From Chthonomonadales bacterium (lineage in GTDB: Bacteria > Armatimonadota > Chthonomonadetes > Chthonomonadales > Chthonomonadaceae), in the NCBI GenBank assembly GCA_038217285.1, contig JBBQPO010000103.1, positions 1 through 18,979 of the forward strand: 18,979 bases of DNA. Reading direction: 5' to 3'. Positions within the stretch are counted from its first letter, which is position 1, and every line of letters starts with the position of its first letter. The position numbers and the translations under genes are program-made. A model generated the notes under the pieces. That model had not been told where the DNA came from, searched no databases, and saw only the letters and a program-made list of their open reading frames with translations. Positions 1 through 8,142 of this stretch are shown piece by piece.

Positions 1-1295
1 GGAATATAGCCGAAGCGGGCATTGGCGTCCGAGGCGACATAACTGAACAGCGCCACCAGCACGCCTGTGGCGAGGTAGGCTCTCAAGAGAGAGCGCGAAA
101 AGTTGTTGTAGATCAGCCCCACCCCAATATAGACCGCTGCCGACATATAGAAGAACACGATAGAGAAAAGGCCTAACAGCATCACCAGCGAGATCGGGCC
201 GGAACGCCCGGACTTTTTGCCTTCGTGACGCACCAGCTCTTCGGAGACTGGACGCATGCCGCCATAGAAGGCCAGCAGAATGCCCGCGAACACGCCGTCC
301 AGCAACGTGGTCACCAGCAGGTTGGGAGAGAGTTGCGTCAGCCAGGGAAGTTCGCGCGTCATGGCCTCACCGGGATTCATGTGGAAAGCGACCAGCAGTC
401 CGGCAAATCCCAGCAAGAGGAGCAGAGAGAACATCATCAGGGAAAGGTCGCGGTGAGCGTCCGTCAGGCCGCCCCAGGCAGGGCGCGGCACAGCGACGGG
501 GCGCGTCACCTTCGGGCCGGTTTCGTGCACTTCGTGCCTGCCGATCATCCGGTCCAGTTTGCTATGAATGCTGTAGTTGCGCGGATTGAACTGAATGGCG
601 TAGGAGTAGGCCGTGGTCGCGCTTTCGTTCTGGCCTTTGCGGGCGTAGATGTCGCCGAGCAACTCATAGACGACTGCATTGCGCCGGTCCATCTCCAGCA
701 CCCGCCTGCAGAGCATCTCCGCCTCACTATACCGCCGATTGACGAAAGCCAGTTGCGCTTCGGAAAGCAGACTGTTGACCGACACGCCCTTCGACGCCGT
801 CTCCCGGCTCGCAGGTTTGCGCGGGTTCTGCTGCGCGGTAGAGGCGGAACGCGGCGCTTCTTTGGGACCGTCGTCCGGAGCGGTACGCCCGAAGCCGTTG
901 AAACCGGCGCGCTCTCCCGTATACGGACGCGAGGAGCCCGTCCCGGCAGTGCGCGGACCGTCGGTGGGTCGGGCCGCCTGCGGGCGAGGTGGAGGCGCCG
1001 CTCCCGGAGAGGGCGGGCCTTTCGGTGGGGAGGCGGTCCGGTTGGAACCGGAGGAGCGCGGGGCGGCAGGCTGATCCAGGATACGATGCGCGTCGTAGAG
1101 CGCCCGTCGATCCGGGTCGTTGAGGGTGTGGTACGCCTCATTGACCGCCTTGATCTGCTGAGACGCGCTTGGATCGGGATTCACGTCGGGGTGATACCGT
1201 CGCGCCAGCTCGCGGTAGCGTTTTTTGATCTCCTCCGGGGTCGCCGTCGGGGCCAGTCCCAGCATCTGATAGTAGTCCAGCTTTGCACTGTTCAT
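1..1295 (-). CDS. J-domain (DnaJ class C) protein with Pro-rich linker, TPR segment and C-terminal transmembrane helices; 3' end lies beyond the window
   Basis: Translated by hand from ATG at 1295; no stop down to position 1 (at least 431 codons). MNSAKLDYYQMLGLAPTATPEEIKKRYRELARRYHPDVN...VNEAYHTLNDPDRRALYD is a J domain with HPD. It is followed by a Pro/Ser/Gly-rich linker, a TPR-like stretch (YSEAEMLCRRVLEMDRRNAVVYELLGDIYARKGQNESATTAYSYAIQFNP) and several hydrophobic segments. The track ORF 225..1421(+) is its antisense shadow. Confidence 0.9.
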   Translation of the reverse strand, partial: MNSAKLDYYQMLGLAPTATPEEIKKRYRELARRYHPDVNPDPSASQQIKAVNEAYHTLNDPDRRALYDAHRILDQPAAPRSSGSNRTASPPKGPPSPGAAPPPRPQAARPTDGPRTAGTGSSRPYTGERAGFNGFGRTAPDDGPKEAPRSASTAQQNPRKPASRETASKGVSVNSLLSEAQLAFVNRRYSEAEMLCRRVLEMDRRNAVVYELLGDIYARKGQNESATTAYSYAIQFNPRNYSIHSKLDRMIGRHEVHETGPKVTRPVAVPRPAWGGLTDAHRDLSLMMFSLLLLLGFAGLLVAFHMNPGEAMTRELPWLTQLSPNLLVTTLLDGVFAGILLAFYGGMRPVSEELVRHEGKKSGRSGPISLVMLLGLFSIVFFYMSAAVYIGVGLIYNNFSRSLLRAYLATGVLVALFSYVASDANARFGYI

Positions 1296-1305
1296 GGCAG
1301 AGAGT

Positions 1306-1983
1306 CTATCGTTCCTCGTTGCGTGGCACGGGCGGGCGCCACGCCGGAAAGTTTGGGCCTTCCCCGATCAGGAAAGTCCGAAGCGCCATCGGTTGCGGAA
1401 ATCCCTGCTCCGAGGTCGTGATCTGCGCGGCCAGGCCTCGAAAACAGTCGATGGCGAGCAACAGATCGGGCAGTCCGCTTTTGAGCATTCCCTGCGCATG
1501 GGTCCAGCAGATCGCCACGCGGCTCTCGCCGCGCTCGGACATATCGGCCAGCCCTTGCCAGAGCCCATCCTCCAGCGAATTCCAGTCGCAGATCGGGTCG
1601 CCGAGCGGGTGCGGAAGCGCGCGATTGGCCGCCTGCAGCAGGGTCGCGGCGTTGGTTATGGCCGTTCCATCCACCATCAGAATGCGAAACTGCCAGTAGT
1701 GCAGGCTCGACTCGAGCTCCTTCCAACTGGTGCGGTTTATCAGCGTGACGGCCCCCCACATGCGTCGGCAGAGCGTGAGATCGTAGGCGGAGCGGCGTTC
1801 GACATCGGTCAGGGCGTGGTAAGCTTCGTTCACGCTCCGTATCTTCTCGGCGGCCTCGGCGCTGGAGTCCATGTCCGGATGATAGCGGCGCGCCAGATCC
1901 CGATGCCGTTTGCGAATCGCCTCGACGCTTGCGTCCGGTGAGAGCCCCAGTTTCTGATAATGGTCAGGAATCGCGAAGTTCAT
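1306..1983 (-). CDS. J-domain protein fused to a C-terminal barstar-like domain (225 aa)
   Basis: Residues 1-68 form a J domain (DHYQKLGL...LARRYHPD...VNEAYHAL...YD). The C-terminus ILMVDGTAITNAATLLQAANRAL...DWNSLEDGL...VAICWTHA...AIDCF follows the barstar pattern (IdG..I.....L...l...L....N.DAL.D.L......l.W). The J domain is certain; the barstar call is motif-based. Confidence 0.8.
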   Translation of the reverse strand: MNFAIPDHYQKLGLSPDASVEAIRKRHRDLARRYHPDMDSSAEAAEKIRSVNEAYHALTDVERRSAYDLTLCRRMWGAVTLINRTSWKELESSLHYWQFRILMVDGTAITNAATLLQAANRALPHPLGDPICDWNSLEDGLWQGLADMSERGESRVAICWTHAQGMLKSGLPDLLLAIDCFRGLAAQITTSEQGFPQPMALRTFLIGEGPNFPAWRPPVPRNEER

Positions 1984-2054
1984 TCTGTTCTACGTTCGGG
2001 AAAGGGATAGTTTCGCAGTCGCCGCAAAACAGGCGGCTTCCGGCGTCGCTTTCA

Positions 2055-2082
2055 GTTCGACGCCGAGCGCCCTCAATCCTCC
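2055..2082 (-). promoter_or_regulatory. Putative alternative-sigma (SigH-like) promoter for the J-domain operon
   Basis: Minus strand reads GGAGGA-N18-GAAC (..gcgtcGAAC), about 70 nt upstream of the ATG at 1983. Same spacing as the sites at 10200-10231 and 11634-11665. Confidence 0.5.
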
Positions 2083-2113
2083 CAATTCATTTTTAAGGCA
2101 GCTTCCTCGCTAC

Positions 2114-2143
2114 TTGACAGCGGCAGGGCGGACGGGCGATAAT
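2114..2143 (+). promoter_or_regulatory. Sigma70-type promoter for the SDR gene
   Basis: TTGACA (2114-2119)-N18-GATAAT (2138-2143), then SD AAGGAG (2160-2165) and ATG at 2171. Confidence 0.7.
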
Positions 2144-2170
2144 CTCAGCACGGACGCGAAAGGAGCCAGG

Positions 2171-2944
2171 ATGATGAGTGTTTTCGAGACGTTTCGACTG
2201 GACGGCAAAGTGGCGCTGGTGACAGGCGGGAGCAAGGGCCTGGGGCGGGCGATGGCGACGGCGCTGGCGGAAGCGGGGGCTGATATCGCCTTGTGCAGTC
2301 GCAGTGCGGCGGAGGCGGAGCAGGTGGCACAGGAGATTGCGGCGGCGACCGGACGCAGGGCGGCGGGTTTCTATGCGGATGTCACCGACCGCGAATCGGT
2401 CGCGGCGCTCAAAACGCAGTGCGAAGCCGCGTTTGGTCAGGTGGACATTTTGCTGAACAACGCTGGTGTCAATGTGCGCAAGCCGACGCCGGAGCTGACG
2501 GAGGACGACTGGGATTCAGTGATCGACAGCACCATCAAAGGCTCCTTCTTCTGTTCGCAGGCGTTTCTGCCCGGTATGATGGAGCGCAAATGGGGGCGAG
2601 TGGTGATGCTCGGCTCGATCATGTCGTTCGTGGCAATCCCTGGTCGTGCGGCCTACGCCTCGGCGAAATCCGGCGTACTCGGCCTCACCCGCGCGCTCGC
2701 CCTCGAAGGCGCGCCCCACGGAGTCACGGTCAACTGCCTCTGCCCCGGCCCGTTCGAGACGCCCATGAACCGCCCGCTCATGAACGATCCGGTGGCGTAT
2801 CAGGCGTTCCTCTCCAAGATTCCGCTGGGCCGCTGGGGGCAACCCGAAGAGTTGGGCGGCGCGATCGTCTTCCTCTGTTCGCCCGCCTCAGCCTTTATGA
2901 CCGGCACGACGCTGACCCTGGACGGCGGCTGGACGGCCCAATAA
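2171..2944 (+). CDS. Classical short-chain dehydrogenase/reductase (gluconate 5-dehydrogenase/FabG-like), 257 aa
   Basis: TGGSKGLG Rossmann motif, NNAG, catalytic YASAK, C-terminal TG...DGG. Start moved from the track's TTG 2114 (which is the -35 box) to the ATG after AAGGAG. Confidence 0.93.
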   Translation: MMSVFETFRLDGKVALVTGGSKGLGRAMATALAEAGADIALCSRSAAEAEQVAQEIAAATGRRAAGFYADVTDRESVAALKTQCEAAFGQVDILLNNAGVNVRKPTPELTEDDWDSVIDSTIKGSFFCSQAFLPGMMERKWGRVVMLGSIMSFVAIPGRAAYASAKSGVLGLTRALALEGAPHGVTVNCLCPGPFETPMNRPLMNDPVAYQAFLSKIPLGRWGQPEELGGAIVFLCSPASAFMTGTTLTLDGGWTAQ

Positions 2945-3057
2945 CGACCGGGCAGTATTGGCCTTGCATGGGAGAGGCGGCGCAACGCTTTTGCCATATT
3001 ACACGGCGGTTACAAAATGGGGTAACAGGCGAATAGACCTGGCGTTTCGAGAGGGAG

Positions 3058-3085
3058 TGTGCTACAATTCTCATATTCGTATCAC
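3058..3085 (+). promoter_or_regulatory. Extended -10 promoter overlapped by a NikR-like inverted repeat
   Basis: TGTGC-TACAAT (3058-3068). GTGCTAC-N13-GTATCAC (3059-3085) is a one-mismatch palindrome resembling the GTGTTA-N15-TAACAC type NikR operator (consensus recalled, not searched). Confidence 0.55.
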
Positions 3086-3156
3086 GCAAACCGGTGCAGA
3101 GAGCGGGTTCGCGTGAATCGGTCGGCGTCCCGGCGCGTCGACCGGGAGAGTTTGTG

Positions 3157-5130
3157 ATGCACATCCCCGATTCCGTCCTCAGTCCTGCGACCTCCGCCGT
3201 CTGCGGCGTGGCCATGCTGCCCGTCTGGGCGATGGCGGCGCGGCAGGTGCGGCAGCGTCTTCAGACCCGGCAGGTGCCGCTTCTGGCGCTGGGCGCCGCC
3301 TTCTGTTTTACCGTGATGATGTTCAATATCCCAGCTCTCGGCGGCACGACCGCGCATCCTGTCGCGGGAACGCTGCTGGCGATACTGCTCGGTCCGTGGG
3401 CGGCTGTCATCGGGATCTCGGTCGCCCTGGCGATTCAGGCCCTCTTCTTCGGCGATGGGGGCCTCCTCGCGTTCGGCGCGAACTGCTTCACCATGGCGTT
3501 TGTGCTGCCCTTCGTCGGCTACAGCGTCTATCGTCTGTTGTCGGCGCATCTGCCCGCCTCAGCCCCTGCGCGTCTCCTCTGCGCCTCTCTCGGCTCCTAC
3601 GTCGGTATCGTCGCCGCGTCGGGCATTGTGGCCGTCCTGCTCGGCATTCAGCCCGCCCTCTTCCACGAACCGAATGGACACGCGCTCTACTTCCCATTTG
3701 GCCTGAACATTACCCTGCCCGCTATGCTGGGGACTCATCTCCTCATCGCCGGTCCTGCGGAAGCGGCCGTCACCGGGCTGGTGATCGCCTATATGCGGGC
3801 CGCGAAGATGCCGCTGTATGGCGAGAGCGCCGCAGGCCAGGGGAAGCCGCAGGGCAGACGAGAGGTTTTATGGGTGGGACTGCTGGCAATGGTGGCGCTC
3901 TCGCCACTGGGCCTGCTGGCGAAAGGGGACGCCTGGGGCGAGTGGGATTCGGAGGGCATCAAGGCGCAGATCAAGCGGGTCGAAGGCACAGAGTACGTGC
4001 CGCAGGGGATGGCGCAGTCGGAAGCGCACGGGTATCAGGGTATCCGGGGACTGCACGACTATGCCAGCGACAAGAAGTGGAAGGGCTATATTGGGGCAGG
4101 CGCGCTGGGGGCCGGGACCATTGTGACGCTGCTTTTTGTCGGCGGTCAGTTTCTGGCACGACGCAAGGACGAAGACGACGATGGTCCTGACCTGCCCGAC
4201 AGCCGCCTGCCGGTCGAGACGCCGCTGGGGGACTCGCTTCCCGACTGGCTGATCCGGCCTTCCGACGTGACGGCTCCGCCGCCCGACCTCTCCGGTCGGC
4301 CTCCCAACCGCTATCTGGAACGGACGGTCGGCGAGTTGGCCGCTGGAGCGGCGACGGCCCTGCAAGGCGAACGCTCGGCGCATCGCGCGGGCTATCTACA
4401 AGGCCTCGATCCACGCGCAAAGGTGGTCGGCCTCTTCGCCTTGATCGTCGTGACCAGCTTCCTCCACGCGTTTACGCCGCTTATTTCGCTCTATGTTCTC
4501 ACGATCGTACTGGCCGCAGCTTCGCAGTTACCCATTGGGGCGTTGACGCGGCGCGTCTGGCTCTCGGTTCCGGTGGCGGTCGGGGCGATCACGCTGCCTG
4601 CCGCCCTCAATGTCGTGACACCCGGTCGGGAGGCGCTGACACTCTGGGTGGGGCCACCGCATCTCGCGGTCACCTGGCCGGGACTGGCGCTGGCCGGTCT
4701 GCTGACCCTGCGCGTCGGAGTGGCCGTCTCGCTGGCGACGCTGCTGACTCTGACCACGCCCTGGAACGACCTGCTCCGCGCCCTGCGTTCGCTCTTTGTG
4801 CCGCGACTCTTCATCAGCGTGCTCGCCATGACCTATCGCTACCTGACGGTGCTACTCCAGACGGCGGGGGATATGTTCACCGCCCGACGCAGTCGCACGC
4901 TGGGCCGCGCGACCAATACCGAGGGGCGGAGTTTCGTCGGAAGCAGCATTGGGACGCTCTTCGGCAAGACCCTGACGCTCTCGGAGGAGGTTCATGCCGC
5001 GATGATCGCCCGAGGCTTCCAGGGCGAGATGCCGACCCTGACTCGCCTGCGCTGGCGCGCCGCCGACTTATGGTGGGCAGCAGCCGTCCTTATGATAGCA
5101 ACGCTGATGCTGGGAGCGCAGGGCAGATGA
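3157..5130 (+). CDS. cbiM: Fused Ni/Co ECF transporter NikM/CbiM + NikN (PDGLE-like) + NikQ/CbiQ, 657 aa
   Basis: Starts MHIPD (metal-binding N-terminus of the M subunit) after SD GGAGAG. Contains GGTTAH, IQALFFGDGG..FGAN and the N-like segment LSPLGLLA.G.AWGEW...HDY. An acidic/Pro linker precedes T-component motifs (LDPRAK, LAMTYRYL, AMIARGF). No stop or in-frame ATG at the junction. Confidence 0.92.
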   Translation: MHIPDSVLSPATSAVCGVAMLPVWAMAARQVRQRLQTRQVPLLALGAAFCFTVMMFNIPALGGTTAHPVAGTLLAILLGPWAAVIGISVALAIQALFFGDGGLLAFGANCFTMAFVLPFVGYSVYRLLSAHLPASAPARLLCASLGSYVGIVAASGIVAVLLGIQPALFHEPNGHALYFPFGLNITLPAMLGTHLLIAGPAEAAVTGLVIAYMRAAKMPLYGESAAGQGKPQGRREVLWVGLLAMVALSPLGLLAKGDAWGEWDSEGIKAQIKRVEGTEYVPQGMAQSEAHGYQGIRGLHDYASDKKWKGYIGAGALGAGTIVTLLFVGGQFLARRKDEDDDGPDLPDSRLPVETPLGDSLPDWLIRPSDVTAPPPDLSGRPPNRYLERTVGELAAGAATALQGERSAHRAGYLQGLDPRAKVVGLFALIVVTSFLHAFTPLISLYVLTIVLAAASQLPIGALTRRVWLSVPVAVGAITLPAALNVVTPGREALTLWVGPPHLAVTWPGLALAGLLTLRVGVAVSLATLLTLTTPWNDLLRALRSLFVPRLFISVLAMTYRYLTVLLQTAGDMFTARRSRTLGRATNTEGRSFVGSSIGTLFGKTLTLSEEVHAAMIARGFQGEMPTLTRLRWRAADLWWAAAVLMIATLMLGAQGR

Positions 5131-5990
5131 CAGAGACGAACGCCAACATTCCCGCTTTCCGACTCACCGAGGTCGGCTATGGGTACGACGAAGGCGTCGT
5201 GGCGCTCCGCGATGTCTCCCTAACGATCGGCATGGGCGAAACGGTGGCGATCCTGGGCGCGAACGGCTGCGGCAAAAGCACCCTCATCAAGATGCTGGAT
5301 GGGCTGATCCATCCGCAGCAGGGCCGCATCGAGGCGTTCGGAGAGCCGCTGACCGAAGAGAGTCTCAGGGACGAGAAGTTCGCCTACCGCTTCCGTCGGC
5401 GCGTCGGCTTCATCTTCCAGAACTCCGACGCGCAGTTGTTCTCCCCGACCGTCAAGGACGAGATCGCATTCGGGCCGCTGCAGATGGGGCTGAGCGTGGA
5501 GGAGACGGAGCGGCGGATCCGGGATGTGGCGCACCTGCTCGACATCACGCGGCTTCTGGAGCGTCCGCCGTTTCAACTCTCGGGCGGCGAGAAGAAGCGC
5601 GTGGCGATCGCCGCCTCACTGGCGGTCAACCCGGATGTACTGCTGCTGGACGAGCCAACCAACGGCCTCGACCCGCGCTCGCAATACGGCCTGGTCGAGC
5701 TGCTGGTGCACCTCAGCGCGGCCGGGAAGACCCTTATCACCGCGACCCACGACCTGAACATCGTGCCGCGCATCGCGGCCCGGTCGCTCGTCTTCAGCGA
5801 AGAGCATACCGTCGTCGCCGACGCCGCCAGCCGCGAGATCCTGGCCGATCTGCCGCTCCTGCTGCGGGTCAACCTCGTGCATGAGAACCTGCACCGTCAC
5901 GGCGACATCATCCACACCCATCCGCATGCCCATACGCACGATCATAGCCACAATCCTCCGCCGGAACTGAGCGAAGCCTCAGCGCCATAG
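5127..5990 (+). CDS. cbiO: ECF transporter ATPase (NikO/CbiO) with His-rich tail, 287 aa
   Basis: Walker A GANGCGKST, Q-loop FQN, LSGGEKKR signature, Walker B LLLDEPT, H-loop ATHD. ATG 5127 overlaps the upstream TGA (ATGA coupling). Confidence 0.95.
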   Translation: MTETNANIPAFRLTEVGYGYDEGVVALRDVSLTIGMGETVAILGANGCGKSTLIKMLDGLIHPQQGRIEAFGEPLTEESLRDEKFAYRFRRRVGFIFQNSDAQLFSPTVKDEIAFGPLQMGLSVEETERRIRDVAHLLDITRLLERPPFQLSGGEKKRVAIAASLAVNPDVLLLDEPTNGLDPRSQYGLVELLVHLSAAGKTLITATHDLNIVPRIAARSLVFSEEHTVVADAASREILADLPLLLRVNLVHENLHRHGDIIHTHPHAHTHDHSHNPPPELSEASAP

Positions 5991-6488
5991 GATGCCCGCC
6001 ACAGCGCCGAGCACGATGATGAGGGGGAAGGGAACGCGGCGTGTGGCTCCCAGCAACAGGGCGATGACGGCGATGGTGAGGGTGCGTACGTTCATGCCGG
6101 CGGTGGTGTGCAGCAGATTCAGCATGATGACCACGAAGATGCCGCTGAGGGCCAGGGTCAGCCCCCGCATAAAGCCTTCGACGGCCGGATGCCGCTCAAC
6201 GGCCCGGTAGATGCGCTCCACGACCAGTACCAGCAGGGGCGGGAGGGTGATCGCCAGGAGTGCCAGCAGCGTCCCGCGCAGGCCGTCGGTCAGGTAGCCC
6301 AGACTGATGACCCAGAGCCCGTTCGGACCCGGCGCGATCTGCCCTACCATAAGCGACTCTGCGAACTGCGGCTCCGTGGCCCACCCGTGTGCCAACAGAT
6401 CGCGGTGCAGGCTCGGCAGGTTGCCGAATCCGCCTGTCGAAAACAGTGAGGCCTTCAAAAAGAGCCAGAAGTAGAGCAGAGGGTTCAC
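5979..6488 (-). CDS. Short-chain chromate transporter (CHR family) subunit 2, 169 aa
   Basis: GTG at 6488 overlaps the upstream TGA. FLKASLFSTGGFG and GQIAPGPN are CHR motifs. The track's extension to 7046 is spurious. Confidence 0.88.
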   Translation of the reverse strand: MNPLLYFWLFLKASLFSTGGFGNLPSLHRDLLAHGWATEPQFAESLMVGQIAPGPNGLWVISLGYLTDGLRGTLLALLAITLPPLLVLVVERIYRAVERHPAVEGFMRGLTLALSGIFVVIMLNLLHTTAGMNVRTLTIAVIALLLGATRRVPFPLIIVLGAVAGILWR

Positions 6489-7123
6489 GGCGTCGGCTCC
6501 TCCGGCTGTACAGCGCGCCGCTGCCATGCCGTTATTGCCGCATGCACGCTCCCCGCCAGAAACAAAACGGGCAGCACCGCCCAGCCTAACAGTCCGACCA
6601 TCAGTCCGCTTGTCAGCAGCACGCCCAGACCAAGGCTCAGGCTCAGCCGTCCTCCCTTCTTCGCCTCCAGCAGACTGGTACGCGCCATCTGCCCCGACGT
6701 CAGAACTCCCAACCCCACCGTAGCGGGCAGAAATCCGCGCAGTGCATTTTTGGCGATCACGGTGTTCTGAATGTGAGCGTACCCTGCGGTGAGCAGGGTC
6801 GTCAGCACGACGCTCGGAAGGAGCAGGCCGAAGAGCGAGAGCAGCAGCCCGCGCCAGCCCAGAAGACGCCTGCCGATCACGATGGTAAGCGCCAGCAGAT
6901 TGATACCGGGCGCGATCTGCACGAGGGCGAACAGCCGGTTGAACTCTACAGGCTCGATCCAGTGTCGGCGTTCTACAAACGTCTGCCGGATCAGCGCGAA
7001 CGTCGCGTTTCCACCGCCGAACGACTGCAAGCCGATCAGCAGCCATTCCCGCAGCAACAGGCCCGTCGTCGGAGGCAAGGAGGGCGCTTCAGCGGCAAGG
7101 TCGTGGGGGAGTTCAGGGATCAT
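6485..7123 (-). CDS. Short-chain chromate transporter (CHR family) subunit 1, 212 aa
   Basis: IGLQSFGGG, FVERRHWI...F..L.Q..PG motifs, multiple TM helices. Translationally coupled to the second half-transporter. Confidence 0.9.
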   Translation of the reverse strand: MIPELPHDLAAEAPSLPPTTGLLLREWLLIGLQSFGGGNATFALIRQTFVERRHWIEPVEFNRLFALVQIAPGINLLALTIVIGRRLLGWRGLLLSLFGLLLPSVVLTTLLTAGYAHIQNTVIAKNALRGFLPATVGLGVLTSGQMARTSLLEAKKGGRLSLSLGLGVLLTSGLMVGLLGWAVLPVLFLAGSVHAAITAWQRRAVQPEEPTP

Positions 7124-7166
7124 ATCCCTATTTTACCCCCAAGTCTGCAGTGCCTCCCACCCTCCT

Positions 7167-7199
7167 GGCGGAGGCGAAAAGAGTTCCTTCGCCTCCGCC
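7167..7199. terminator. Intergenic stem-loop, possible terminator or mRNA-stabilising hairpin
   Basis: Perfect 12-bp inverted repeat GGCGGAGGCGAA-N9-TTCGCCTCCGCC. No U-tract on the minus (sense) strand. Confidence 0.45.
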
Positions 7200-7268
7200 G
7201 CCCTTTGGCACGGAGCGGCGGGCGGTATGCCCTTGGACTGCACTGGGCGTAGTCCGAGTCGGGCCTGC

Positions 7269-8087
7269 TTAGGGGGTGTTCGTCAGCGTCCATTTACCGG
7301 CGGCATTCTTGGTCGGAATGCCACGCAGATGATAGGGGAACGGGTTGGCAGGCGCCGCGTAGGGGCCGTCACCGGTCACCACGTAGCCCTGGAAGGTAGA
7401 GCCGTCGAGCGCCGTTCCGGTGACCTGCACCCCGCCCACAAGATAGGGCGCGGCGTGGAGCGTTTTCGCATGGCTGTCCGCGAAGATGGCATTGGCCTGT
7501 GTGCTGTGCCGGGCCTGGATGGGGGCCGACAGAGGGGCAGGAAACGTCGCCGTCCCGCCCTTGGTGACCGTTGCATCCGAAAATAGCGCCGTGTCCGTAA
7601 CGTACTCGAGCGTCGCGAGGCTGACAGGCGCATGTCGATAGGGAGCCGGAACCACCGACGTAAACACCATGACGCCATAGTTGGGCTGGTAGCTGACGGC
7701 GCTGAGTTTGGGTGTCAGTCCGCAGGCGGGCGGCAGCCCCAGGTTCGCCAGGGCCAGGTCCACTTTGAGCGGGGCGGCATCGGAGGGGCATTTCTCCATG
7801 TCCGCGTTCTTCTGGTAGGGAATGATCGCGTGGTACGAGAGGAGCGTGCATGGTCCCGCGCCGATGTCCGAAAAATAGAGAGCGATCGGAAAGGTTTCGT
7901 CGTAGTCCTGCACATACATGGAGGTCGCCAGGCCCTGCTGCTTCAGGTTGGAAAGGCAGCTTGCCGAACGCGCCTTCTCACGCGCCTGCGCGAACACCGG
8001 AAAGAGAATCGCGGCGAGTATCGCGATGATCGCGATGACGACAAGCAGTTCGATAAGGGTAAAGGCGTTGCGTTGTTGGGAATGCAT
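7269..8087 (-). CDS. Prepilin-type N-terminal cleavage/methylation protein, DUF1559-like, with H-X9-DG-type C-terminal motif (272 aa)
   Basis: [74 protein letters not shown] upstream. Confidence 0.92.
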   Translation of the reverse strand: MHSQQRNAFTLIELLVVIAIIAILAAILFPVFAQAREKARSASCLSNLKQQGLATSMYVQDYDETFPIALYFSDIGAGPCTLLSYHAIIPYQKNADMEKCPSDAAPLKVDLALANLGLPPACGLTPKLSAVSYQPNYGVMVFTSVVPAPYRHAPVSLATLEYVTDTALFSDATVTKGGTATFPAPLSAPIQARHSTQANAIFADSHAKTLHAAPYLVGGVQVTGTALDGSTFQGYVVTGDGPYAAPANPFPYHLRGIPTKNAAGKWTLTNTP

Positions 8088-8142
8088 TTTCTCTCCTTCG
8101 TGAACAGATCCGCCGCTTTCCCCGCGGTTGGGGTTCTAACAC

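Noticed and set aside
225-1421. 398-aa plus-strand ORF
   Set aside because: In-phase antisense shadow of the real minus-strand J-TPR-TM gene; no recognisable motifs.
2945-3156. Cobalamin, NiCo or c-di-GMP riboswitch upstream of the ECF transporter
   Set aside because: No B12 box or other conserved cores recognisable, and the predicted leader is only about 80 nt.
6489-7046. N-terminal extension making the chr gene 355 aa
   Set aside because: It overlaps the other chr gene in a different frame. The GTGA-coupled start at 6488 gives a normal half-size CHR protein.
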